Origin: an uncultured Acidobacteriaceae bacterium
Lineage (GTDB): Bacteria; Acidobacteriota; Terriglobia; Terriglobales; Acidobacteriaceae
Assembly (NCBI GenBank): GCA_963841335.1
Contig: CAWJCF010000001.1
Span: forward strand, 2,087,912-2,151,911
Direction: 5' to 3'
Length of the DNA stretch: 64,000 nt
Both the position numbers and the translations under genes were made by a program. Position 1 is the first letter of the stretch. Each line of letters begins with the position of its first letter. Positions 38,661 to 49,256 of this stretch are shown one piece after another. The notes under the pieces were generated by a model, which did not search any database, had not been told where the DNA came from, and worked only from the letters and a program-made list of their open reading frames with translations.

Positions 38661-40324
38661 GTGCACATACGATCGTCAATCTACCGGACCAGCGGACAGC
38701 GACGCTGCCGAAGCGGACCTACCTCAATAATGAGGATGGGTTGCTGAGCTGGCTACTTACGGGCGACCACAAGCGGATCGCGATCTTGTATCTGATTTCG
38801 ATTACGTTCTTCTTTTTTATAGGCGGTGCGTTTGCTGGTTTGATTCGACTGGAGCTTTTGACGCCGCAGCCCGATCTGGTGGCTGCAGACACCTATAACA
38901 AGTTCTTTTCCATGCACGGAATCATCATGATCTTTTTGTTCCTGGTACCGTCGGTTCCTGCGACGCTGGGAAACTTCCTGATTCCGATCATGATTGGTAC
39001 AAAGGACCTGGCATTTCCGAAGATCAACCTGCTGAGCTGGTATCTGTATTGGATTGGCGGTCTCTTTACGCTAGCCGCGCTGGTATTGGGCGGCGTGGAT
39101 ACGGGCTGGACCTTTACGACTCCGCTGTCGACCCACTATCTGAATACTCATGTTGTTACCGCAGCAACTGGCGTTTTCATTATCGGGTTCTCTTCGATCT
39201 TCACTGGGTTGAACTTTATCGTCACGATCCATCGCATGCGGGCGCCGGGGATGACCTGGTTCCGGATGCCGCTGTTTTGCTGGTCGAATTATGCGGCTTC
39301 AATTCTGATGGTGCTAGGAACGCCGGTGCTGGCGATTACGCTGGTGCTGGTTGCTCTGGAGCGGCTGGTTGGAATTGGCGTCTTCGACCCGACTAAGGGC
39401 GGCGATCCGCTGCTGTTCCAGCATCTCTTCTGGTTTTACTCGCACCCGGCGGTATACATCATGATTCTTCCGGGAATGGGTGTGATTTCGGAGGTCATCA
39501 GCACCTTCAGCCGGAAACGGGTCTTCGGGTATACGGCGGTTGCGTTCTCCTCTGTAGCGATTGCGCTGTTTGGGTTCTTTGTTTGGGCGCACCACATGTT
39601 CATCATGGGCGTCTCGAATTACTCGGCGCTGGTGTTCTCGTTGCTGACGATGCTCGTCGCTGTGCCGTCGGCGATCAAGATCTTCAACTGGTCTTTTACG
39701 CTGCAGAAAGGCTCGATTACGTTTGAGACTCCAATGCTGTATGCGTTCGGCTTCCTGGGGCTGTTCACGATCGGCGGAATGACTGGCGTGTTTCTCGGTG
39801 CGCTGGGAATGGACATCCACCTGACGGAGACGTACTTTATCGTCGCGCACTTTCACTTCGTGATGGTGGGCGGAATGTTGATGGCGTTCCTGGCGGGCAT
39901 TCACTTCTGGTGGCCGAAGATGACGGGCCGGATGTATCCGGAGTCGTTGTCGAAGCTCGCGGCTGTGACGACGTTTATCGGATTCAACCTTACGTTTCTG
40001 CCGCAGTTCATTCTGGGCTATCTCGGGATGCCGCGAAGGTATCACGCGTATCCGCCAGAGTTCCAGGTGCTGAATGTGCTCTCGACGGCGGGAGCTACGG
40101 TGCTGGGCGTGGGCTATATGCTGCCGCTGCTTTATTTGGGGTGGTCGCTGAAGTATGGCGCAATCGCCGGCAACAATCCCTGGCAGGCGACAGGACTTGA
40201 GTGGCAGATTCAATCGCCGCCGCTGACCGAAAACTTTATTGAGACTCCGATCGTGGACCATGAGGCTTACGACTACGAGTGGCTCGAACACAAGACAGCA
40301 CACGAGGTGACGACCGTTGGATAA
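38657..40324 (+). CDS. coxA: cytochrome c oxidase subunit I
   Basis: 12-TM haem-copper oxidase signatures: [21 protein letters not shown], and [17 protein letters not shown] overlap with coxB. Confidence 0.95.
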   Translation: MSAHTIVNLPDQRTATLPKRTYLNNEDGLLSWLLTGDHKRIAILYLISITFFFFIGGAFAGLIRLELLTPQPDLVAADTYNKFFSMHGIIMIFLFLVPSVPATLGNFLIPIMIGTKDLAFPKINLLSWYLYWIGGLFTLAALVLGGVDTGWTFTTPLSTHYLNTHVVTAATGVFIIGFSSIFTGLNFIVTIHRMRAPGMTWFRMPLFCWSNYAASILMVLGTPVLAITLVLVALERLVGIGVFDPTKGGDPLLFQHLFWFYSHPAVYIMILPGMGVISEVISTFSRKRVFGYTAVAFSSVAIALFGFFVWAHHMFIMGVSNYSALVFSLLTMLVAVPSAIKIFNWSFTLQKGSITFETPMLYAFGFLGLFTIGGMTGVFLGALGMDIHLTETYFIVAHFHFVMVGGMLMAFLAGIHFWWPKMTGRMYPESLSKLAAVTTFIGFNLTFLPQFILGYLGMPRRYHAYPPEFQVLNVLSTAGATVLGVGYMLPLLYLGWSLKYGAIAGNNPWQATGLEWQIQSPPLTENFIETPIVDHEAYDYEWLEHKTAHEVTTVG

Positions 40325-41078
40325 TGCGATCGTAGCAACGCATCCCCATACGCATGAGACTGCGGTTCCCGCGGAGCACGAACACGTTGCGCTGCCGCAG
40401 CACCGCCACCACTTCGAGACGCAGGAACAGCAGCGCGAAGCTGGCACGTTCGGCATGTGGCTCTTCCTGCTGACTGAAATCATGTTCTTTGGCGGTTTGT
40501 TCTTTGCCTATCTGCTCTATCGCAATTGGTACAACCCTGCCTTTGTGGCCGCGTCGAACCAGCTGAACATCCCGATGGGCACGGCGAACACGGCTATCCT
40601 GATTTCGTCGGGCTTCTTCATGGCGCTAGCCGTGTGGGCGGCGGAGGTGAAGAAAAAGAACCTACTGGTCCTTTTTCTGGTGTTGACCACGCTATTCGGG
40701 TTGGCGTTTCTTGGCGTCAAGTACTTTGAGTACAAAGAGAAATGGGAGCTTCACCACATACCGGGTGCAAGCTTTGACGTCTCGCAATTCATAAATCCCC
40801 ATGCCTACGGTTTGAAAGAAGAGCCATTGGCTCCTGACATGGCGCAGAAGACGCAGGTATTCTTCTTCCTCTACTTCGCCATGACGGGTATGCACGCGCT
40901 CCACATGATCATCGGTATTGTTCTGCTGTTCTGGCTTACATGGAGGGCAAACCGAGGGGAGTTCAGTGCCGGTTATGTCGCGCCGATTGAAAATTTCGGC
41001 TTGTATTGGCACTTTGTCGACATTGTCTGGTTATTCCTGTTTCCCCTGCTATACCTGATCAACCGTCACCCTGTCTAG
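40317..41078 (+). CDS. coxC: cytochrome c oxidase subunit III
   Basis: [21 protein letters not shown]..., ...[20 protein letters not shown] start overlaps coxA by 8 nt. Confidence 0.9.
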   Translation: MDNAIVATHPHTHETAVPAEHEHVALPQHRHHFETQEQQREAGTFGMWLFLLTEIMFFGGLFFAYLLYRNWYNPAFVAASNQLNIPMGTANTAILISSGFFMALAVWAAEVKKKNLLVLFLVLTTLFGLAFLGVKYFEYKEKWELHHIPGASFDVSQFINPHAYGLKEEPLAPDMAQKTQVFFFLYFAMTGMHALHMIIGIVLLFWLTWRANRGEFSAGYVAPIENFGLYWHFVDIVWLFLFPLLYLINRHPV

Positions 41079-41124
41079 GGAATGATTTGGACTGCCGACG
41101 CCAGCTGGAAGGAAAAAAAGAGAT

Positions 41125-41463
41125 ATGACAGAGCATCACGATGCATCGAACGTAGTGAACCCGGAGCACGCTGACCATCACATCATCTCACCGGTGACTT
41201 ACGGCATTGTCTTCGCGACGCTGCTGGTCGGGACGGGTATTACGGTGGCGGCAGCATTTGTCAACCTCGGCATCTTCAATCCGATTGTGGCCCTGGCGAT
41301 TGCCTGCACGAAGGCAGTGATCGTTATTCTGTTCTTCATGCATGTTAAGTATCAGTCGAAGCTGGTTAAGTTGACGGTCACTGCGGGCTTCTTCACGTTT
41401 CTTGTTCTGATTACGATGACGTTGACCGACTACATCAGCCGGGCGTGGGGACTTTGGTCTTGA
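41125..41463 (+). CDS. cytochrome c oxidase subunit IV (bacterial COX4_pro family)
   Basis: 112 aa with three TM helices; motif ...TKAVIVILFFMHVKY... Confidence 0.8.
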   Translation: MTEHHDASNVVNPEHADHHIISPVTYGIVFATLLVGTGITVAAAFVNLGIFNPIVALAIACTKAVIVILFFMHVKYQSKLVKLTVTAGFFTFLVLITMTLTDYISRAWGLWS

Positions 41464-41480
41464 CGATCTGTTTTACGGAG

Positions 41481-41506
41481 ATGCGGCCTGCGGGCCGCAT
41501 TTTTTA
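41481..41506 (+). terminator. intrinsic terminator of the act-cox operon
   Basis: atgcggcc-tgc-gggccgcat followed by TTTTTT, located 18 nt after the subunit IV stop. Confidence 0.85.
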
Positions 41507-41548
41507 TTGCTGTCAAAGTAGCGCGGAATTGCCTCGTAGACTGAGTCC

Positions 41549-42985
41549 ATGCCTAAGTTGCGTGCTGCTCTCTCGGATGACCTCGATCTACTGTTGACGG
41601 ACGCGCGAGTTACGGTGCGGCGAGATGGCGGGCCGGATCCGGATGGCAAATGTGTCGTCTACTGGATGCAAAGAGCCCAACGCGGAGTCGACAATCATGC
41701 GGTCGACCTGGCGGTGAAGATTGCGAATCTGCTGGCGCTGCCGCTGGTTGTGTATTTTGCGGGGATTGCGAATTTTCCCCATGCGAATCTCCGGCACTTC
41801 GTTTTTCTGAATCAAGGTCTGCCGGATATTGAGGCCGATCTGGCTGCGCGGAATATCTCGTTTGTGATGCGACGGGCTCCGCATGAGTCACATGAACGAT
41901 TGTTGGCAGATGTTGGGGCGGCATTCCTGGTGGGTGATGAGAATCCCCTGCGGGAGCCAGAGAGGTGGCGCAGAGACCTGGCTTCGCGGATCAGGATTCC
42001 GTTTTGGACCGTGGACGCGGATGTCGTAGTGCCGTCACACCTGATCGAAAAGTCGCAGTATGGGGCGTATACAATTCGACCGCGACTCTGTCGAGTTCTG
42101 CCGGATTATCTGCATGAATACGAAAATTTGAAAGCCGACCATGAGTGGAAGAGGCCGCGTGGATTTCATGCTGACTCTGTCCACGAAGATATGACTCGTG
42201 ACTGGAAGGATCTGGACCGCAGCGTTGGTCCGGTTGATATGTGGAAAGGCGGCACGCATGCTGGATTAGAACGGCTGAAGTTATTCGCCGGGAGGCTGCT
42301 TGCGAAGTATGACGCCGAGCGGAATCATCCGGAGACGGATGGGACTTCGTGCCTGTCTCCCTATCTGCACTTCGGGCATGTGGGGCCGATGACAATTGCG
42401 CTGGCCGTTGATGCCGCGGCGAAGGCGAACCCGCAGCTTCGAGCGGCGCGGGATAGCTATTTTAATGAATTGATCGTGTGGCGAGAGCTCGCAATCAACT
42501 TTGTGCGTTACACGCCAACCTACGATTCTGTTGAATGTGCCGAGCCATGGGCGAAGGCGACGATTGCTGAGCACGCGCGTGATGAAAGAGAGAGGATTTA
42601 TACGCTGCATCAGCTCGAGCAGGCGCAGACTCATGACGACCTCTGGAATGCCGGGCAAACCCAGATGGTTCGGTTTGGGTGGATGCATAACTATCTGCGG
42701 ATGTACTGGGCGAAGAAGATTCTGGAGTGGACGCCGAATGTTGCGACTGCTCTGAAGTATGCGATTCATCTGAACGACAAGTATTTTTTGGATGGGCGCG
42801 ATCCGAATGGATATGCGGGGATCGCGTGGGCGATTCTGGGCAAGTTCGATCGGGCGTGGGGGGAGAGGCCGATCTTTGGCAAGATTCGCTACATGTCCGA
42901 AGCTTCGACGGGGAAGAAGTTCGATTCGAAACGCTACATCCAGCAGATGGGGCTTTTGCCGGAGCAGAAATCGCTGCTCTTCTAG
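41549..42985 (+). CDS. phr: class II CPD deoxyribodipyrimidine photolyase
   Basis: VVYWMQRAQRGVDNHA..., SCLSPYLHFGH, NELIVWRELAINF, THDDLWNAGQ......G.MHNYLRMYWAKKILEW, LNDKYFLDGRDPNGYAGIAW. This closely resembles class II photolyases as I remember them. Confidence 0.9.
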   Translation: MPKLRAALSDDLDLLLTDARVTVRRDGGPDPDGKCVVYWMQRAQRGVDNHAVDLAVKIANLLALPLVVYFAGIANFPHANLRHFVFLNQGLPDIEADLAARNISFVMRRAPHESHERLLADVGAAFLVGDENPLREPERWRRDLASRIRIPFWTVDADVVVPSHLIEKSQYGAYTIRPRLCRVLPDYLHEYENLKADHEWKRPRGFHADSVHEDMTRDWKDLDRSVGPVDMWKGGTHAGLERLKLFAGRLLAKYDAERNHPETDGTSCLSPYLHFGHVGPMTIALAVDAAAKANPQLRAARDSYFNELIVWRELAINFVRYTPTYDSVECAEPWAKATIAEHARDERERIYTLHQLEQAQTHDDLWNAGQTQMVRFGWMHNYLRMYWAKKILEWTPNVATALKYAIHLNDKYFLDGRDPNGYAGIAWAILGKFDRAWGERPIFGKIRYMSEASTGKKFDSKRYIQQMGLLPEQKSLLF

Positions 42986-43247
42986 AGAGGCCGGCAGGTA
43001 GCGGTTTGTACAACTATGAAGAGATTGTGGGCAGTCGCAGCGGATGGTAGATTGAGGACGTTCCCTGGGATTTTCCAGTGGAACACGCTGAGAGATGGCC
43101 GCAGAGTAACACCAACGATTCTCCAGTAGCGTTGATGAGAATTTTCTCATCCCGTTCTGGAACCATCCGTCGTTCTTCTCCCGCTCTAGCGTTGACTCGT
43201 ACGATGGCAGCCCAGAGCATTGAGCTAGCCGTCTGCACGATTCGGAT

Positions 43248-46200
43248 TTGCACGCTATGGGCCCGATGGAAGTTCGACAATCCGCGCTGTCTTCTTGGTC
43301 AATCCTGCGTAGCTGTCTGCGCTGCCTTCTTGTCGTTGGCGTGTGGGTCCTGTCGATTCGGCCTGTTGGTGTCTTCGGCCAACTTGCCGATACTCCTGTC
43401 GCCCGCGACAACGCAGCAACTACTCAATCAGCGCTCGGCGTCCGGGCTCACTCGATCAATGGGCGTCGATTTCTTTCCGGACGCATGTCTAACGGAGACG
43501 TGTCGGCCGCGCGAGCGATGGAAGCAGCCCGTCAACAGCACGCGGCGATGATGGCGGCGCAGGCTGCTTCTCCTCTTTCCAACCTGAATGCGTCGTGGCA
43601 ACCGCTCGGGCCGAATCAAGTTGCAAGCACGGCTTACGGAAATGTCACGGGACGTGTCACATCGATTGCGATTGATCCTGCGGACGCTAGCGGTAACACG
43701 GTCTATGTGGGGACGACCGGTGGCGGCGTTTGGAAGTCCACGAATGCTGCCGGGCCAACGGCAAGTGTGATCTTTGCTCCTCTTACGGATACGCTGCCTG
43801 TCTTCAACCCGAATGCGGGTGCGGCGGCGATCCCTTCCTTGAGCATTGGTGCAATCAGCGTGCAGCCGGGTGTTGTGCTGGCGGGCACGGGCGACCCGAA
43901 TGATGCATCAGATTCCTTTTACGGCAGCGGAATATTGCGGTCGGCGGATGGCGGCGAGACGTGGACCCTCATTCAGAATTCGAAGGATGGAGTAGCAGGC
44001 AATCATTCGTTTACCGGCCTTGGTTTCGCAGGCTTTGCATGGAGCAGTTCGACGCCGGGGACTGTGGTGGCGGCGGTTTCGCAGGCTGCGGAAGGCACGC
44101 TCGTGAACGCTGTAGACGACACGAACAGCGTGATGGGGCTCTACTATTCCACGGATTCCGGTGTTACGTGGCAGATGTCCACGATCATGGATGGGAGTGG
44201 GGTTGTACAGACCCCACTACCCTCCGGTCAGGATCTGGGTGGGCGGGCGGCGACCGCCGTGGTGTGGAACCCTGTACGTCAGCGCTTCTATGCAGCGATT
44301 CGGTATCACGGATATTACGAGTCGGCGGATGGCGTGACGTGGACTCGGCTCGTGAACCAGCCCGGAGAGGGTTTGACGACGATGGCATGTCCAACGGGCC
44401 CGGGTACGATTGGCAGCGCGGCCTGCCCGATCTTTCGTGGGGCGCTTGCCGTTCAAATGGTGACGGGCGACCTCTTTGCGCTGACGGTGGATAGTAACAA
44501 CGTTGACCAAGGCCTTTGGCAGGATGTCTGTGCGCTGGCCGGTCCGAGCTGCAGCAACACGACCGTTTCGTTCGGCAATCAATTGGCGTCGGCGGCGATG
44601 GAGGTTGGGAGCGGAAGCAGCGTGATTCCGCAGGCCGACTACAATCTGACGCTTGCGGCGGCGCCAGCAGTGACGAGCAGTTCTGCGCAGGACACATTGC
44701 TGTTTGCGGGCACGGTCGACCTTTATCGTTGTTCTCTGGCGGCGGGATGTGTCCTCCGCAATACGACCAATGCAACGAATGGGTGTAGCGCGCCAGCACA
44801 GGTTGCGCCGGCGCAACACGCGGTTGCAATCATGAGCACTCCGACCCTGCCGCTCCTTTACATTGGAAATGATGGTGGGCTCTGGAGGTCGACGGATGGA
44901 GTCAACCAACAAGGTGCGGCGTGTTCCTCTGATGACGCGACGCACTTTCAGAATCTGAACGGCGGCCTTGGGTCACTCGCCGAGGTAGTCAGTTTTGCAC
45001 AGCCTGCTGCGGATGCAGGCCCATTGCTGGTTGGATTAGGCGCGAACGGGACAGCGTCGACGTCGTCTGCGGCTTCGCTCGGGACGCCGTGGCCGCAATT
45101 GTCGACGGGCGAGGGCGGAACGGTAGCGATCGATCAGACAAATTCTTCGCTCTGGTATGTCTCGACGGGAGCTGGAGTGAATATCCGTCAGTGCGGTCTT
45201 GGCGCGGCTTGTACGGCGACCAATTTTATCGGGGCCCCTACAATCGGACCTGTCCAGGTCGCCGGAGATGATTCGCTAATTGATGTTCCATGGATTCTTG
45301 ATCCTGCATTGTCTGCCAACGTGATCGTTGGGACTTGCCGGGTTTGGCGAGGACCAGCCGATAACGGGAACCTGTGGTCTTCGTCGAATGCTGTCAGCAA
45401 GCTTTTTGGCGGCCCGCAGAATTCTGTGCGCGCCAACTTAAACCCGGTAGTGCGGTCGCTTGCTGCTGCTGGTCCCGCGAGCAATGTTGCGACGGCCGAG
45501 AATGCGGGCTCGCAGGTGCTTTACGCCGGGATGGCGGGGGCGATGGATGGGGGGGGCGGAGATTTTGGCGGCCACCTCTTTTCTATTACGAACGGCAATA
45601 CCGCGACAAATGCAACGGCGTGGAACGATCTCGCGGTGTCCCCGGTAACGAATGGGCAGGGAGCGGGCTTTAACCCTGGTGGATTCGATCTCTCTTCTCT
45701 TGCCGCGGACCCGCATGATTCGACTGGCGCGACGATCTACGCGACAGTGATGGGTTTTGCCGGTAACGGCATGAATGCCGCGCATCTCTACCGATCGACG
45801 GATGCGGGCGCGCAATGGGCAAATGTCAGCAGCAACCTGCCTAATGCTCCGGCGAACAGTGTCGTCGTCGACCCGAATGATGCGAATACCGTGTACGTTG
45901 CTCTGGACACGGGAGTTTATGTTACGACTCAGATTTCGACATGTGCGGCGGCGAACTGCTGGAGCATCTATGGCACAGGATTGCCGAATGCTCCGGTTGT
46001 GGAGCTGGCGGCGGCGCAGGCTATGGCTACGGGAGATGGGCGCGCGGGTGAGCTTCGCGCAGCAACCTATGGCCGGGGTATCTGGCAAATTCCGCTTCTG
46101 ACCGCTGCTACAGCAGCGCAACCTTCCATGAGTCTGAGTCCAACATCGTTGAGCTTCGGCGTGCAGGCGGTTGCGACCTCGAGCGCGTCGCAAACTCTCA

Positions 46201-47880
46201 CGGTTACAAATACCGGAATTGCCTCGCTCGTCGTGAGTTCCGTTACGACCACCGGAGACTTCAGTGAAACGGATAATTGCGCTGGGGCTACGATCGCAGT
46301 CAATGCGAGCTGCACGAGTCCAGGTGCGCTTCTTGCCTACTTCGACGGGAAATCGCAGCGGAGTGCTTACCATCTATGGAAATGTGTCGGGGGGGCAAGC
46401 CACGGCTTCGCTCGCAGGGACGGGGAGCGCTGCTGCGACTGTAATTCTCAATCCGATTGCGCTTAGCTTTCCGTCCACGACCGTCAGTTCAACGAGCCCG
46501 GCGCAGAATATTACGATTTCGAATACCGGAGGAGCTTCCGTTGCTCTTCAGACGCCGACAATCAGCGGAACTGATTTTGCGATCACGGCAAATACGTGTG
46601 GAGCGAGTCTTGGTCCAAGCACAGGATGCACGGTCTCAATCGCTTTTACTCCAACGGCATCTGGAGCGCGGAGTGGAACGTTGAGTATTACAGACGATGT
46701 TGGGACACAGACTGCTTCTCTGAGCGGGACAGGGACTTCACCTGCTACCGACGCCCTCGCTCCCCTTTCGCTTATTTTTGCCGGTCAGCAGTTGAATACC
46801 TCCAGCGTTGCGCAACAGATTACGCTGACAAACTCGGGCGATGTTCCGCTGACGCTGATTGCCGCACAGGTTACGAGTGGCGACTTCAGTGTGATTAATG
46901 CCTGTGGGAACTCACTCAACGCACACTCCACTTGTTCGATGAACATCATCTTTCAGCCGAAGAGCGTTGGGCCAATCGTAGGAGTGCTGACGGTCTCGGA
47001 CCAATATCGCAGCCAGGCGGTCGCGTTGAATGGAACTGGTGTTGCTCCGCCCGGTGTCTCGCTCTCTCCATTTTCCGTGGTTACATTTTCGCCCGTCGGA
47101 GTGGGTGTCATCAGCGGCGCGCAGACGGTGACGCTGACGAACAATGGCGGAGTTCCGCTAGCGATTCAGAACATCGTGACTACCGGCGACTTTGCTATTT
47201 TGTCAGGGACAAATACCTGCGGGAGCAGCGCTGCGGTGAATACTGCGTGCACTTTGCAGATTGTGTTTGCGCCCACTGCAGGCGGCCCGCGCAGCGGAAC
47301 ATTGACCGTTACGGATAATGCTACGAATTCTCCCCAGACGCTGTCGCTCAGCGGTGCCGGAGTGGATTTCAGCCTGAATCCAAATGGTGGCACGAGTCTT
47401 ACGATTACGAACGGTCAGAACGCTGTATATCCTTTGCTGCTTAGCTCCGCAGCGAACGTTCCCGGGACCGCGAGTTTCACTTGTTCTGGTGTTCCCGCCA
47501 ACGCTACCTGCACGGTCACTCCGTCCACTGTCACGCTTGGGGGAACAACTACGGTTTCGGCGACCGTTCTTACGGGTGTCACCGCGACGAGCTCCAATGC
47601 GCGATTTCTTTCGAGGCGTTCTCGGATTGGCTGGCTGGCGATATTGCTGCCGTTGGGCTGTGCGGTGCGGCGAAGGCGCGTCCTTGGTTGCGTTCTTGTG
47701 CTGGCATCTCTCGCGGCTGTGAGTGGGTGCGGTGTTGGGCGAACGATTCCGCTGGAGACCGGCTCGGACCCGAACCCGCCGGCAACTCCTGTAACACCGA
47801 CTGGAACATATACGATTGTTGCCACAGCGACGAGTGCCGGGCTGACACGGACGGTCAGCCTGACGCTGACCGTCCAGTAG
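43248..47880 (+). pseudogene. large secreted BNR/sialidase-like beta-propeller protein with four ~100-aa ASH/'choice-of-anchor D'-like repeats, interrupted by a 1-nt frameshift near 46317
   Basis: ORFs 43248..46466 (frame 0) and 46264..47880 (frame +1) join seamlessly at ...AVNASCT|VQVRFLPTSTGNRSGVL..., judged by homology with the following repeats. The N-terminus has a hydrophobic signal-like segment. Propeller motifs such as VYVGTTGGGVWKSTNAG are present. This could equally be a sequencing error. Confidence 0.7.
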
Positions 47881-47902
47881 AGATCGGTTGAATGGTTTAA
47901 GC

Positions 47903-49084
47903 TCAGACGGCGCGGCCTGCGCTTACTCCCGAGGCCCAGGCCCACTGAAAGTTGTAGCCGCCTAACCATCCCGTCACGTCGACCACTTCGCCGATGAAGT
48001 AGAGACCAGGGACCTGGCGGCTCTGCATCGTCTTCGCGTCGAGCTCGGCTGTGTCGACACCTCCGGCGGTTACTTCAGCCTTCGCATAACCCTCGGTTCC
48101 GGCGGGGGTGATGTTCCAGGCGTGGAGTTGCTGCTCCATGGCAGCGAGAGAAGCGTTCGTCCAGCTCGCGGGTGGATGGAGGGTAAGCCAACGCTCGGCC
48201 AATCGGGTCGGAAGGACCTCGCGAAGGGCGAGCATTGCTGCTGCTGCGTCGCGTTTTGCGGTGGGGGTGAAGAAGGGTTTGAACACTTCGATTTCCGGCG
48301 CGAGATCGATTGCGACCTCCTTGCCTGGTTGCCAATAGGACGAGATCTGCAGGATCGACGGACCGCTCAAGCCCCGATGTGTGATCAGCATCTTTTCGCG
48401 AAAGCTGCCGCGTCTCTTGTGCGTCCCGGTGTTTGCGATGACTTCCGTTGAGACTCCCGACAAGTCGCACCATTGGTCGCGGTCCTCCGGACTGAAGACG
48501 AGGGGCACGAGGGCGGGTCGGCACTCTATGATGCACAGGCCGAACTGTTCCGCGAGGTGATAGCCGAAGCCTGTGGCGCCCATCTTTGGAATCGACAGGC
48601 CGCCGGTGGCAACGACGACGGCTTCCGCCTCGAAATTGGTCTGCGGGGTTTCGATGCGAAATTTGCCGTCACGAATGACTGAGAGGATTCGCGTTCCGGT
48701 TATCAACATGACTCGGGCCTCTGCGCATTCGCGCTCCAACATCGTGACGATGTCGATCGCAGAGCGATCGCAGAACAGCTGGCCGAGGGTCTTCTCGTGG
48801 TATCGAATGCCATGGCGCTCAACCATCGCGATTATGTCTGTGGGTGTGAAGCGGGCGAGGGCTGATTTCGCGAAGTGGGGATTCTCTGAGAGGAAGTTCT
48901 CTGCCCGGGTGTGGATGTTCGTGAAGTTGCACCGGCCGCCTCCGGAGATGAGGATCTTCTTCCCGACGCGCTCGGCGTGTTCCAGAAGCACGACTCGCCG
49001 TCCCCGGCGTCCGGCCTCGAGTGCGCAGATCATCCCGGCGGCTCCTCCTCCGAGGATGACGACATCAACTTTCTGCACGGGCAT
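47903..49084 (-). CDS. NAD(P)/FAD-dependent oxidoreductase, HI0933/YhiN (BaiN-like) family
   Basis: VVILGGGAAGMICALEAGRRGRRVVLLE......GKKILISGGGRCNFTN; C-terminal ...GLYFIGEVVDVTGWLGGYNFQWAWASG. Confidence 0.85.
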   Translation of the reverse strand: MPVQKVDVVILGGGAAGMICALEAGRRGRRVVLLEHAERVGKKILISGGGRCNFTNIHTRAENFLSENPHFAKSALARFTPTDIIAMVERHGIRYHEKTLGQLFCDRSAIDIVTMLERECAEARVMLITGTRILSVIRDGKFRIETPQTNFEAEAVVVATGGLSIPKMGATGFGYHLAEQFGLCIIECRPALVPLVFSPEDRDQWCDLSGVSTEVIANTGTHKRRGSFREKMLITHRGLSGPSILQISSYWQPGKEVAIDLAPEIEVFKPFFTPTAKRDAAAAMLALREVLPTRLAERWLTLHPPASWTNASLAAMEQQLHAWNITPAGTEGYAKAEVTAGGVDTAELDAKTMQSRQVPGLYFIGEVVDVTGWLGGYNFQWAWASGVSAGRAV

Positions 49085-49256
49085 TCGCTATTCCATCCTC
49101 CGGGGATTTCGTTGGGTTGTTTCTTCCATTCTAGATTTGCACAAAGGGGCATTTGGCATACCACTTCTGGTTTCTTCTGCGCGAAGTGCTCCTTTCGTGT
49201 CATAGACCTGTCCCGATATGGGCTCTACACCTGATAGAGCAACTCAAGGAGATGCT

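Noticed and set aside
42281-43411. 376-aa minus-strand ORF antisense to the photolyase 3' half
   Set aside because: It is an Arg/Pro-rich shadow frame. The photolyase frame is unambiguous.
46300-46330. Programmed ribosomal frameshift at the junction of the split surface-protein gene
   Set aside because: A +1 shift would be needed, but the site (tgc acg a gtc cag) has no slippery sequence, no in-frame stop or rare codon, and no obvious downstream structure. A mutation or sequencing error is the simpler explanation.
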